A DNA stretch of 64,000 nucleotides from Saccostrea echinata (GCF_033153115.1 NW_026889805.1:21018001-21082000), one strand, 5' to 3'. Counted from the first letter of the stretch, positions 39,001-50,500 are shown. The notes: generated from the letters alone by a model not told the origin. Program-made: numbers and translations.

Positions 39001-40593
39001 TTCTAAACAAAGAGGATGAGTTGATGAGAGAATATCTTAAAACTTCCTCTATGGCATCAGCTCTCATGGGCAGACCAGACAGAGAGACATCAAGCCTCAC
39101 TGAAAGACAACCATCCATTATCAAGGAACAAAGTAATGTGTCAATGGTTGCTGAAAAGGATGAAACCAAGGAGAAAACAAAGCAGAATGGCAGTATTGAG
39201 AACAATGCTGATGAGAAAACGACTGCCAGCAAGAAGAAAATTGAGGATAAAGGTATAAAGCTATACTTATACTGCACTCCAGTTAGTTATAGTTTATACT
39301 CTGGATAAAGGTTTAAAGGTATACTTATACTGCACTCTAGTTTGTTATAGGATAAAGGTATAAAGCTATACTTATGCTGCACTCCAGTTAGTTATAGTTT
39401 ATACTCTGGATAAAGGTTTAAAGGTATACTTATACTGCACTCTAGTTTGTTATAGGATAAAGGTATAAAGCTATACTTATACTGCACTCCAGTTTGTTAT
39501 AGTTTATAGGATAAAGGTATAAAGGTATACTTATACTGCACTCTAGTTTGTTATAGTTTATAGGATAAAGGTATAAAGGTATACTTATACTGCACTCTAG
39601 TTTGTTATAGTTTATAGGATAAAGGTATAAAGGTATACTTATACTGCACTCCAGTTTGTTATAGTTTATAGGATAAAGGTATAAAGCTATAGATAGTTTT
39701 CGTATGACATATTTTCCCTTGGCCACCTTTTTGGAGGTCAAACTAGTGAATTTTCCTCTTTGAGCAACCAATGTTAAACATGTATGGCAGAAATATAAGG
39801 ACAAAAATCTTTAAATACTAAAAATATGAATTAATGGATACTGTCGGTTGAATAATGAAGGAATTATACTGCACTCTAGTTACCCTGGTAATTATTGTTT
39901 ATAGGATACACTTATACTGCACACTAGTTTGTTATTATTTACTCTGTAATCATTTTAATTCGTGGGGGTCAATGTTCATGAGCAAGCAAAATCTTACTTG
40001 TTAGTGGGCATGTAATTCCAAGGGTTATTTGTTTATATGGTGGTTCAGTGAATCAATATGTTAACAAAATAAAGGTTAGTGTAGATGCAAATTTGTTGGT
40101 AAGGGTGGCCCTCAAAATCCACGAACATTGGTCCCCCACAAACAGTAATGATTCCACAGTAAAGGATAAAAGTATAAAGATATACTGTCCTATACAGCAC
40201 TCTTCTTTGTTATTATTTATAGGAATTGATGTTGTTAAGAAAGAATCTCTGTTCAATTTACGGGATATATCATTTATACTCTCTCGATTGAAATGAACTT
40301 TGTGTTATCACAACTGTAAATAATTAGAAAGAGTTATGTTTATGAAGTATTTCTCTATACAAAGTTGTATTATTTTAGGAAAAACATCCCAGACACCCAA
40401 AGTGAAGCAGCCAGTTGACAAGAAAAATGGAGATGTTAAAACTGACGAGAAATCGGACAACAGTGCTCCTCAATCCCCGAGCTCTTCCACCTCCTCAACT
40501 AGCATGAGCCAGGTGGCAGGAACAGTGAGGAAATTACAACGGAATTACTCTAAGTCAGGGCGGCAAAAAAGTCAAGCATGTGTGCTGCAGTAG
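1..40593 (+). CDS. Roco-family protein without kinase (LRR/EF-hand-Roc-COR-TIR-TIR-TRN1-like domain-CaaX), 5' end upstream of window
   Basis: Exons, all phase-consistent: 1-76, 1008-1114, 8455-8572, 14009-14209, 18541-18706, 18948-19119, 20176-20322, 20778-20867, 22596-22702, 22952-23033, 23364-23510, 23604-23777, 24399-24497, 24588-24682, 24934-25084, 26079-26196, 26573-26768, 26992-27058, 27206-27367, 27890-27982, 28171-28350, 28566-28637, 28749-28859, 29188-29409, 29775-29886, 30171-30277, 30717-30806, 31143-31325, 38394-38494 (GC donor), 38888-39252, 40379-40593. Total 4326 nt, 1441 aa plus TAG. Motifs: LRRs, KLMFVGLGEAGKTS, TDGIDI, WDFAGQ, COR VVINPQW / IVPCLLP / YLPAGLF, TIR DVFISY. Confidence 0.92.
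232..940. repeat. 48-bp minisatellite, about 14.5 copies, in the first Roco intron of the window
   Basis: Unit TCTAGTATGTCCTATTCTAAAGTCRGGAATAAGTATCCTTTACAGAAW; accounts for ORFs 149-901 and 165-962. Confidence 0.95.
1960..3200. mobile_element. Non-autonomous hAT-type DNA transposon
   Basis: TIRs TAGGGATATCAA / TTGACATCCCTA, subterminal CGACTA repeats, 8-bp TSD ATATAAAG (right copy split by a Helitron). Confidence 0.85.
3756..4890 (-). mobile_element. HINE/Helentron-type non-autonomous element nested in the Helitron
   Basis: (CAGA)n microsatellite at about 4805-4840, terminal hairpin ATACCCCCCC..GGGGGGTATAA, internal duplicated unit at 4500-4800. Confidence 0.65.
5751..6666 (-). mobile_element. 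HINE/Helentron-type element nested in the Helitron
   Basis: AACAAGAGGCCCATGGGCC palindromic end, (GACA/GACG)n, and CTGAGC..GCTCAGGTGAGCTAAAAA end. Confidence 0.8.
8786..10388 (+). mobile_element. HINE-type element with internal ~120-142-bp tandem repeats
   Basis: TTTTTATGCCCCGCC start, GTCC/GTCT microsatellite, repeated GACCTTGACCTTTCCTTTGACCTTGACC units, end GGCGGGGCATTCATGTCCTATGGACATATTTCTAGTT. Confidence 0.8.
8983..9343. mobile_element. hAT-like MITE with 6-bp TSD (copy 1)
   Basis: CAGGGTT..AACCCTG termini, TSD AACTGC, TTGCGAG subterminal motifs; near-identical inverted copy at 55123-55485. Confidence 0.88.
10914..13328 (+). mobile_element. HINE/Helentron element with a 168-bp satellite array
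   Basis: 5' TTTTTAGGTCACCTGAGTCACTCAGGTGACC hairpin, (CGT/CGTC)n, about 7 or more 168-bp units (source of ORFs 11245-12364), 3' CAGGTGACCGTTAAGGCCCTTGGGCCTCTTGT. Confidence 0.88.
15031..15738. mobile_element. hAT-like MITE with 5-bp TSD
   Basis: TIRs CAGGGATAGACATTAA / TTAACGTCGATCCCTG, TSD ATGAT, subterminal ACTTGCCC/CGGRCAAG motifs. Confidence 0.82.
15790..16717. mobile_element. Tc1/Mariner-type MITE
   Basis: TIRs CTGTACAGCAGG / CCTGCTGTACAG flanked by TA. Confidence 0.8.
17242..17370. repeat. Long near-perfect palindrome (hairpin core of a non-autonomous element)
   Basis: GGGTAACAATTGAAATTGACACCC..GAAAACCATTGTCAAC / GTTGAAAATGGTTTTC..GGGTGTCAATTTCAACTGTTACCC. A similar hairpin lies at about 47990-48100. 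Confidence 0.8.
17492..18082 (+). mobile_element. Internally deleted copy of the 10914-13328 HINE family
   Basis: Same termini; 5' end fused directly to the sequence matching 12748-13328. Confidence 0.88.
18661..22702 (+). other. Roc (Ras of complex proteins) GTPase domain exons
   Basis: G1 GLGEAGKTS, switch I TDGIDI, G3 WDFAGQTVYYNTHQFF, G4 LVIGTQSD, G5 YVSSLTG. Confidence 0.93.
20880..22290. repeat. 40-bp minisatellite with a 510-bp higher-order duplication
   Basis: Unit ACAAAATCCTACAGTAGTCTGGATAATTCTGGTATTCTGT; identical ORFs at 20989 and 21499. Confidence 0.95.
22596..26196 (+). other. COR domain exons
   Basis: MGEKIPQVWL, AIKFLDDLGTVQYF, VVINPQWIV, FDLTFPL, IVPCLLP, YKFAYLPAGLFNR, IWKNG, terminal CPDC...CTKYFH. 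Confidence 0.9.
26573..27982 (+). other. TIR domain 1 (degenerate, catalytic Glu position is Met)
   Basis: YDVVLLYCSAD...IKEDLSHWGFSVFMHDD...AVKNCKVVVCCVSDQFEQDEKCRDMFLY; aligns without gaps to TIR 2 over betaC-alphaC. Confidence 0.75.
28171..29300 (+). other. TIR domain 2 (TIR_2/SARM-like, catalytic Glu retained)
   Basis: PDVFISYCW...IKEFLEKKGLSCWLDIEQMG...IAIGLQNCKVIVACVSDEYVESDACMMELRFA; Glu codon at 28776-28778. Confidence 0.88.
31738..33258 (+). mobile_element. HINE-type element with ~150-168-bp internal tandem repeats
   Basis: TTAGCTCTACTGG start mirrored by CCAGTAGAGCTA near the 3' end, (GTCT)n, repeated CTACTCCTCCTACAGTTTTGGTCTG units, end GACAGAGACTTCTGGTT. Confidence 0.82.
32628..32919 (+). 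mobile_element. tRNA-derived SINE with V-type conserved core
   Basis: A box TGGCGCAGTGG, B box GGTTCAAATCCC, core GGTCCTTCGGATGAGAC..AAACCAAGGTCC, (CAAA)n tail, 13-bp TSD CAAAAYATTACTT. Confidence 0.85.
34330..37202. mobile_element. 2.9-kb non-autonomous TIR element with repetitive TIRs
   Basis: Four TACCGAAATGCCC-type subrepeats at 34330-34420 mirrored by GGGCATTTCGGTA x4 at 37115-37200; no transposase ORF. Confidence 0.82.
39244..39692. repeat. ~54-bp minisatellite that includes the exon donor site
   Basis: Unit GGATAAAGGTATAAAGGTATACTTATACTGCACTCYAGTTTGTTATAGTTTATA; the first copy overlaps the exon end at 39252. Confidence 0.92.
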
Positions 40594-42097
40594 TAAAAAC
40601 CATCCTGTATTGCGCTATACATTGTACGTAATGATAACTTACTAAATCTGTCTTACACAACTCTAACTGTAGTTCCTGTAGAAAAGTAGGATTGACATAT
40701 ATAGATGTTTGATGCATTAGCGTTGAGTTTATTTTTAACTTAAATGAACAAGGGTAAATTTGATGTTTTTTATTCAGCAGAACTGCACATTATAGATAAA
40801 AATGTTATACATTTAACTGCTATTATTGTACATTTTGAGACATGTTGGAGATTTGCATTGAAAAATGTGGCAAATTTTTTTGTGTATGTGTATACTGTAT
40901 AATTTAAAAGAAATACAATACAAACTCGCATTATTGTCCAAGAATTTACTAAACCTGTTGTAGATGTTGGTAATTTATTATTCTTATTTCATGTGTACTG
41001 GATTTGTCCCTTTTTATGTTTGCCTTGAAAATTCATTGTTTTCTTGCATGAAATCTACAAGGTAAATATTTTTTTAACACTGTGATACAGCATGATAATT
41101 TTGTGGATGTTAGATCTTTATTGTTATTTACATTTTAAATACATATCAATGTATACATGTAATGCTTAACTGACAGCATACTTTTCAGGTATGCTCACTA
41201 ATTTATTTTCAATATACATGTACTGGAATTAGATCTCTGTATGTAACTTTATCGTTATAACATTTTAAATACATATCATTATATATATACATTTATTAAC
41301 TGACAATATACTTTTGAGGTATGCTTAATAATTGATTTTCAATATACTGGAATTAGACTATAAATATACTCCAAAGGAAATACCGGTAATTGTGATTTTT
41401 ACCATATATGTAGTTCTGCCTAGTAAACTGCTCAATTTATACATACATATAATTCTATTTAATACTAGTACATTTACTATTTACTAGTACATCTATATAA
41501 AAGTAAATATTATTTTCTAGTACTTAACATTATTTATTTGTACTGATGTATTTGATATACATATACTGTTATAAACTTGGACACTAGTGCATTCAATCCG
41601 TCCTAACCATTTCACTCAGGATGTTCATATACATGACCACGTGTAATTTTTTTAACATCTTTTGTTTCTTTTTACACAAATTTACAAAAACTAATCGGGG
41701 TATATTCACAGCTATAAATCTAATGTTAATAGCTGTGTTGTGTACCCAACATACAGCACTGATTAATGTGTATAAGCCCCTCCTAACATTCCTCTAATAC
41801 TCATTTTCAGCAGCCATTTGTACAATTACTATAACAATGCAATGATTGACTTTTATAACTTAATGCTTTACTGTTCATGTTTGACAGCAGGGTACATGCA
41901 TGAGATATCATATATAGCGAAGATTTTTTTTTTCTTAGATTTTTTATAAAGTACTGAAACTAATTCAATATTTGTTTTACCTGAATTTATATTTGACAAT
42001 TTGCACTTGCATGTAGCCGTCAGTGTTGTAATCTTAATTTGTATTACATGTCAGAAAAACGTTTAATTTCTGTAATACTTTGTTGCTTCACCAATAA

Positions 42098-42974
42098 TTT
42101 TTAGCTTATTTGAGCCAAAGGCTCAAGAGCTTTTCTGATCAAAATTTGTCTGTCATGGTTGTAAACTTGTCACAATTTCATCTTCTCCAACTCAACCTAA
42201 ATTTCAACCTATCATGGCACAGAGCTTCCTTAGGTGAAGGGGATTCAGATTTGTTCAAATGAAAGGCCATACCCTCTTTCAAGGGGAGATAATTAAGAAT
42301 CATTGAAAATTTAATCTCATCTTTTTATTAACCTTTTTTTTCAAGAACCAATCATGACCCCTGGTGGTATTTGAGACCAAAGTGAGCTATCAGTTTTATA
42401 TAGGAATACATAGGAAAAATCTTTGAAAAATTTTTTCTTTAGAAAAACAACCGTGATTAGTCATATTTATATGGAAGCATCCTCAAGTAAGTGTAGATAT
42501 GAATTTATTCCAATCATGATCCCTGAGGGTAGGGTGAGACCACGATGGGTTTTCAAAGTTTTACATAGGAACATGAAGGAAAAATCTTTTTCTCAAGAAC
42601 AACAAAGCCATGATTAGTAATATTTATCGGGTATATGGTCTTTTCATACGGAAGCATCCTCTGATAGTGTATATTCAAGTTAATTAAAATTTTTACCCCT
42701 GGGGGGTACAGTGAGACCAAAATGGGCAAAGTTTTACGTTGGAATATGAAGGAAAAATCTTCTCTTTTTTTTCAAGAACTGCAAAGCTATGATAAGTCAT
42801 ATTTATATGGAAGCATCCTCAGGTAGTGTAGATTCCAATCATGACCTCTGGGGGTAGAGTGGGACCACAATGGGCTATCAATATTTTACAAAGAAATAAA
42901 TGGGTAATGTCTGATGATGAACAGCAGGGGACTTAGTGAATCAAGTGAGCATTGTGGCCCTTGGGCCTCTTGTT
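42098..42974 (+). mobile_element. HINE-type element between Roco and EXOSC8
   Basis: TTTTTAGCT..GAGC..GGCTCAAGAGCTTTTCTGATC start and GTGAGCATTGTGGCCCTTGGGCCTCTTGTT end; related fragments at 62027-62290 and 62376-62845. Confidence 0.78.
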
Positions 42975-43904
42975 TAGATGACAATCAATTTTATTGATTA
43001 AACACGGTGAGGATGGATTTTTGTTTTAAACCTTCCTCTCATTCTGTGCAATATAATGTGGATTCCTTACAAAAGATCATGTTTAAGTAATATCATAGGA
43101 GCCTTTTGGTGGGAATTTACTTTTTCATAAAAAGGTTATTTTTTGTGAGATTTACAATTTAAATATCCATGAAAGCAAAATCTCCTGAAATTAAGGAATC
43201 TACAGTAATCTTGACAATTTGTTTGAATTTATTTTTTGATTGCTGAGACACCCACCACTGAGTTAGTCTTTATATCAACACTTAGTTATCATGGCTAATT
43301 TGTGAAGATTTTAGCTTGATAGATGAAGGTAATGTTGTGTATTTATTAGATTTGTAAATTAATATATATGTAATACAAATTCTGTGATTAAAATAATTTC
43401 TTCTTTTCTTTGAAATGGCTTGTTTTTTAATTTATAGTCTACATAGTATTAAACATTACAGTCATTTTCATTTAAACTTGTTTGCTATATGTACTTATTC
43501 ATTGAATACGTGTAGACCCTTCACAATGAATGGGTATGTTGGAATATCCTTGTCTAATTGTCTGTCTATACTACATGTCTACAAGGCACTTAAGTCTCTT
43601 TCTGGTTCTTCTCGGGGGTCTACAAGTCCTAGATATGATGCATCAGTGGTTACTTAGTCTGATGCATGCTCTGGATGCTGCATCTTGCCCACAAAATTGC
43701 TCCAGTGACTACTATGAAGTTAGCATTTAAGCCTGTTCTAGATTATTGCAAGAGGTGTCCAAACCAAACTTTACATGAGTAATCAATAGTTGCTTAGATG
43801 CATGAACTTGAAGCAGTTTCTTAAGAGTTTTGTTGACTTCTCAGGTTGATCGTTTCCATTTAAGTACAGCATCTATGCATACATTTAGCTTATCATAATA
43901 TATA

Positions 43905-44071
43905 TACCATTGAACTTCGGTATCTCTAACACTGATATCTCGAACACCATGGAAATGTCGAAGTGATTTAGAAGTCCCAACCACTCATTCACCCCTGAAG
44001 TCTTGAATTCTTGGATATCTCGAAGTTTTTTCTCGGTCCCATCAAATTTGAGATAACGAGGTTTAACTGTA
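43905..44071. mobile_element. Short Mariner-type MITE (related copy at 60918-61094)
   Basis: TTGAACTTCGGTATCTC ... GAGATAACGAGGTTTAACTGTA inverted termini with TA. Confidence 0.7.
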
Positions 44072-44560
44072 TATATAAATATTATGATGCATATGTCAAT
44101 GAATACCCCATCTGATGCAAAAAAAAAAAAAAAAAAAGAACCTGCATATGAAGTACATTTCCTGCTTAAATGACTGCCCAGGGCAGTGTTTTAAAGGCTG
44201 TTCCCAGCATATCATGTGATATGAAAACCAAAGATTCCCACCAGGCATCTTGAATGTCATGTTTTGAGGTTATCATCTCCCTTATGATTACCGATGATGA
44301 CAATTCTCACTGTATGAAAAATATGATACAAACAAACCTATCTCAAACTCAACAGACCACAATTAATCTTTGAGATAACTGAGAATTCAAGATCACTTCG
44401 ACATATCTTCAGTATTTCAGATATCAGTGTTTGATATAATGAAGTTTATTTGTATAAACAAACAAATTGGAACTGTTGTACAATTCTACTGTGTGTCATC
44501 ATTCTCATTGACAGACATAAAAATAACAACAAAGATAGCCTTGGCATTGTTTATTTTGCA

Positions 44561-47500
44561 CTACCTTTCAACACTGGACACTGTGTCATCTATAAGTCTT
44601 AAAATGTCACTAGTTCTGCTGAGGGCTTGTTTGATACACATGGACAGCTGCTGATCTGTGAGCGGGGTACCACCTGTCAAAGAAAATCCAAATCTGATAA
44701 TCCCATCAGAATTCCTGGGTTCAAATCTGTATACTATATAGGTACAATATTTATACTCACCAGGCTTATAAACCATACAGAGTTTGTCGTTTGTTGTGAC
44801 AACAGTTAGTTGTCCTGTTGCCAAGTTTTCCTCTTCAGCAGTAGGATCAACAAAAAGAATTTCACTGAAATTGGAAGTTAATGTGATTAATACATCACCG
44901 ATTTAGGAGATGTAACAATATGGCTGAAGTGTATCATGATATTTTATGATACAATGACATAACATGTATAGTGATATATCACCTGTAGTAATTTTTTACA
45001 CAAAATGGGTTTTTTTGTTCTGAAATTGAAAACTATCTTTTACAATATCCTTAGACTTGTCAGACACAATCTTTATAAATAGTCTCACATACTCTTTATC
45101 TTTAGAAGCATCTTGATAAATACAATCAGAGTGCAGGATGAAATGCTGCTACAATTGAACCCATCATAAATAACTGTAGAAAGCTGAGCAGGTATACATT
45201 TTTTTTAAATTGTGATAGGATAGACTAATTTTGTGTATTGCAGCATATCGATATACATGTATATCGTTACACTAAAAACTGTGGAATCATTACTCATTTT
45301 TGTGGATATCATGGATGCTTCATACCATACTTACTTATTGAAGATTGCATACGTTGAGGACACAGGACTTGATTGTAGTTGAAGTGCTGAGAGTTGATCA
45401 GGGTAAGCCTCTATTTTGTCTGTATCCTCATTTAGTATGACCTTTGGTAATGTAGCTGTTAATGAATATGTCATTTTGTGCTAAATATAAACTTAAATAT
45501 GTATTACATGTAGTAGATAATGATGACAACCTTCTTGTATAATTATTTTGCTTTGAAAGAACCTTGATATTAAACATCCAGAACAAAGTCTTATTACAGG
45601 TCTAAACAATTATGCTGTTTGAATCTGAATCTGAGAGAGACATAAAGTAACAGGTATAATGACAACAAAGCCGAACTGCTATAAATGTAGAACAATTAGG
45701 GATATAAAGTAATATTGTTAATTTCTTGGCTGCATGATAGAAACTTCACACATTTATGAGGGTCATATATGTGTGTGTTTATATGTTTCTTCAGACATAA
45801 AATTAATGGCTTGAGATGCATCACAAATAAAAGTTGTTGCTATTACTGAAGATTCCTAAAATACACCAGGAATTTTTTTATCAGGTATTTTTGCAAAAAG
45901 CACCACCTGTGAAATAAATTTTACTTTTATATTGCTGAAAAACTGTGAGTGTAAAAAAATCATAAACAACAGTTCATTTGCAAATTGAATTCTCCGAGTC
46001 ATTTCGCAATACATGTATTAAGTACTTACATAAAATAAGGAATCTATAGTTATAGTTGGTTTACAGTATATATACTGTAATTTCCTTATTTTACATGAGA
46101 ACTTAATATAGCAGAATGACTCCAAGACATCAATTAGCAAGAATAGGAATTCGTGATTTTGACAGTTTACATATTATTTCAACAATTTAAAAGGTGAAAA
46201 ATCTTGAATTGCAAGTGTTGTTTCTCACGAAATTATGCAATTATTTTTTCCTCATATCTATTTAGGAATCTACAGTATTGTATTGCAACCACTGTATCAT
46301 GATATTTTTCAGTCTAAGGATACCTGTATCATTCTAGCTCTGTAAACTTCCTCCCTAGTTCATGTAAATTTCTACATTTATTGTATTTAACTTAAAAAAA
46401 AAGTATACATTAACTTAGAACAAGCTGCATAAAATGAAACTGCATCAAATATACATGTACTATAAAATGTTTCTTACTGTTGTTTAGAGCTGCAAGTATT
46501 GATAAAAGACAGGCATCTGTGATATTCCCATCATAATCCAGACACACTATATCACAGTACAGAGTCCACACAAACTGTTAAAACAAATAGTGTTAATAGT
46601 AGGCAAAATGTAGAATTATCAGTTTAATTAAAACAAAACCTTAAGTAGTTACCACTGCTAACTTAAGATAAATATATACTAATTTCAAAGATCTTTAGTA
46701 AACTATGAAAACTTAAGTTCACAAAATGATACACCCCCCCCCCCCCTTTACTTTTATAGAAATAAAGGAGAAGACTTTAGATAAGAGATGAGAACCCCAA
46801 ATATTATAAAAAGAATGGCAATGTCCATGTTTTGATATATAACCCCAAATATCTGTCCGATCGAAATGTTAAATAGGAGGTGCACAACTGCACTATATAA
46901 TAAAGATTCTGTGAAATTCTCATTAAATTTCATGCAATGGTACAGGAAGGTTTGCAGAAAAGAGATGGGTATCCCTAAGTATTATGGACATACAGACAAG
47001 AAGGATTTATGGATGGACACCTCCACCACTTTTCAAGAGGGGGGTATAAAAATTTTAAGAATCCATGTATTCGGTAAAAACTTACCCTGCCAGGCACTAA
47101 ACACAATTCACTAAGGTTTACACAATCCGAACTAAAGAAAACAAAAAAATTAATAAATCAGTTTGTTGTCATTGTTCCCCTGCAAAAATCAAGTCATCAA
47201 GAAAATACAAGAATTTATATAACAGACTGGCTTACTTTTTAATGACCTCAAGCATGAACTGACTTAAGACTTGAGCCTGTTCTCCAGGAGGTCCAGGACG
47301 AAACTGTGGGGAGCACATGGGAGATAACTCTACATTGGGCACTAAATCATCCAATGGAAAGATATAAATTACTATGTAAACTCAAACTCTCAATAACTAG
47401 ACCAGTAATCAATAGTATTTTAGTCTAGTAAAGAGTCAGATGAAAGTGATTTAACATAGAGCTGTTACAAATTTATCTCAAAATTTGGACTACAGTAATT

Positions 47501-50500
47501 GGAAAGAAAATATATCTCCCTTTGTTGAAGGGAAGACCCAATAATGAATATAGCAAGATGAAAATGTTTATTTTACCTATAAATCCTTGTGTAGGTTCCT
47601 CTGTTCTTGGTTTTGCCAATTCCTAAAAAACAAAGCATGATATGATTGCATGTATGTGATGCAACAGGCTTTCAGATTCATATTCAGAAGTTTATTTCTC
47701 CTTTATTTCTAAACTGACCTAGTATCTTATTTTTCTATTTATACTTCTAAACTACTTTAGTTAATTCCCTTTTCTTCCATGAGGTACAAGATTTTGTATT
47801 CATGAATTTATTTATTTATCATTTATTTATTAATTATCAGAATTATCAGAACTTTTGCTAAGAAGAGAAATAACATTTTTGAATGGCAAGTATTTTTCTA
47901 CACACACAGTACAGGTGTACATAGTCATTTAATAGAAATAAAGTGCATTGCAACAGCACATGATATGCCTGTCAAATATTTAAACAATTAAATGCTTTCT
48001 TTGGTTGTTAGTATGGGAATTAATGTTGCAGCGGGTTATGTAAATTTTTTCTGCAATAGCTGCAACGTCAATTCACATACTAACAAACAAAGAAGACATT
48101 TTATTGTTTATATTTATATCTGTACAAATAATCATTTAAAGTAGGATTTAGTAGATGAAATAGTGTATTATTGATATGTATGCTTTTTATGTTTCATTGA
48201 TGGAACAGCCACTGCTCAAGAAATCTGTACAGTGATATGCTTATTGCTGTTTACTAACTGATTCATGGCAATGGTTTTCTTAAGAAATAAAAGAGATAAT
48301 ATCCAGTAGATGTAAATATTATACAATATCAAATTAATTTTAATACCTTTATAATAAATTGATTTTGAAAGTAATGGCTAGCCAATATTGAATAAGAACT
48401 ATTTTAAATTTAACAGATGCTATCAATTGCAATTAAGAGGCCAGCTTTCTCTGCCCTGTTCCAAAGAGATATAGATAACACCTGCTTGATCAGAAATGCT
48501 CTACCAGAAATCTTCTTACACTAAACTCATTAATTTCTAATTTGCCAAAAGCAACTTTTCTATCAAAATGCTCATGAAACACCACTGCTTGATAATTAAA
48601 TTACACCCATGGGACAATTACTCTTGTTATTGACACAAAGAAATATTTGTTATATATTGTTGTATATTTTACCATAAAAAAGTGTTTTTTTTATTTAACA
48701 ATTCTTAATAAGGTAACTGCAATACTCTTACACTTTTTTGGGATTGTATAACAATTTTTTTTTTCAAATTTCACCTTAATTAAAGGTCACAGTGAATGTA
48801 AATAGGATGCAACACACCTTCTACCTAAGATGCCTTAATTGACCAAGATTGATGATTCTAGGTCTAATAGTTTTCCAGTTATGAGCCACACAGGATTTTG
48901 TCATATGTGGCCATATCATCTTAATTAAAGGTCATAGTGACCTACTTTTAATATGCGACACACTCTCTACCCAAGATGTAACAGCAGACAAAGTTTGATT
49001 ATTCTAGGTCTCAAAGTATAATTTAAATTAGGAGCTGGACATGAAAAAGCTAAAGACAGACATGAACACCATAATACATCCCGTCGTAAGACAGGCATAT
49101 AAAACATATATAATATGTAATTTTCACACATATACTCACTGCTTTGATACCACACATCACAGATGTATTTCCTACTTTAACCAATGCTGATCCATTTGCA
49201 GTTGTCAAACATCCTTAGAAGTACAGTATATTTGAAATCGAATAAAATGAAATCATAATGTTTGGCCTGCATGTCTGTCCCCTTATATGAGAGGGTAGAA
49301 GCATGAATTATACATGTTTCCTCTTTTTTTGTACCCTAACATGATAGGGTAGAAGCAAGACATGTTTCCTCTTTCTCATAAAATTAAATTTAATGCTATG
49401 TAACAAGAACAAATCAACATGGTTGTAAAATTATGTTCATTACATCCAAACCTGGACCAACAATGGATATTATGTATGGTTACAGAAATGAAAGACAACC
49501 TGAATTGAAAGGTGTTTACAAAATATTAATATAAACGACTAATAAGTTGGTAATGGATCAGAGGTTCTCCAAAAACTTTAAAGATAAATAAACAAGAGGC
49601 CCAAGAGTCTTCATGGTCTTCATGGTCACCTGAGTATAATACAACACTGTAAAAGTACAAGATAAGACAAAATAAACTGATAGATGAAGCTATGTTGCCC
49701 AAAAGCAAGAGAAATGGGATGATCAGGGATCTTTTAAATTGCCTCTTCTTGTCCCCATTTGTTACTATCACCATGTAAACTTTAAAAAAAAAACAATAGT
49801 GATTGAGAACTGTTAATAAATCCATCACTTTCTTTCACACATTGGCATCTCTTGGTATTTGGAGAACATTTAATTTACAAAAGTAAGGCATTTTTGTGGA
49901 TTTTTTGCACCCTTGCTCATCATAACTTTGAACTTAGTTTGTTTGTGTGATACCCAAGAGTGAAGAAGAATATTTTCAAATAAATAATGCATTTTCACTA
50001 TATAATCAATAGTGCCCTGTCCTTAAGCTAAAACCCCTGAACCTGGGGCCACAATATTGGAAGAGGCACTTGCTCATCATAACCATGCACTAAGTTTATC
50101 TGTTAAATAACCAACAATCTGATTAAAATCAGATTCTTTGATCCACTCACATAGAACGCTACACAAGGATCTGAAGAAACCCCATTCATGGTCATCTTCT
50201 GGTGACCTTTCTAATAAAAATATTCATTAAAATTTTGACCAATCAGAGAGATTGTACTTAAGCAACATTCGGAAAATGAATGTAGAAGTGAAAGTAGCTA
50301 TGGAGAAGATCTTATCATTCATACAAAACAAAGAGCTAAAAAACAAGGTAAAAGCAAATACTAAATATATTTCTGTACAGAAAAGACTGTGGTCGTTCTT
50401 TTGACAGGCTACGGAAACCAGGTCACGATTTTCCGTTCGTGTATCATTGGGTATTTCACTAATGTAACTGAATTCCAAGATACTTCTGAATTCTATTAAG

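Noticed and set aside
1-40593. Naming the Roco gene LRRK1/LRRK2/MFHAS1/DAPK1
   Set aside because: No kinase, WD40 or death domain follows COR; orthology cannot be supported, so no symbol is given.
41110-41360. ~130-bp direct duplication downstream of the Roco stop as an RNA element
   Set aside because: Simple decayed tandem duplication with no recognisable structure or motif.
44293-44383. Possible C/D box snoRNA (ATGATGA...CTGA)
   Set aside because: Overlaps a Mariner-like MITE remnant, with no terminal stem or recognisable guide.
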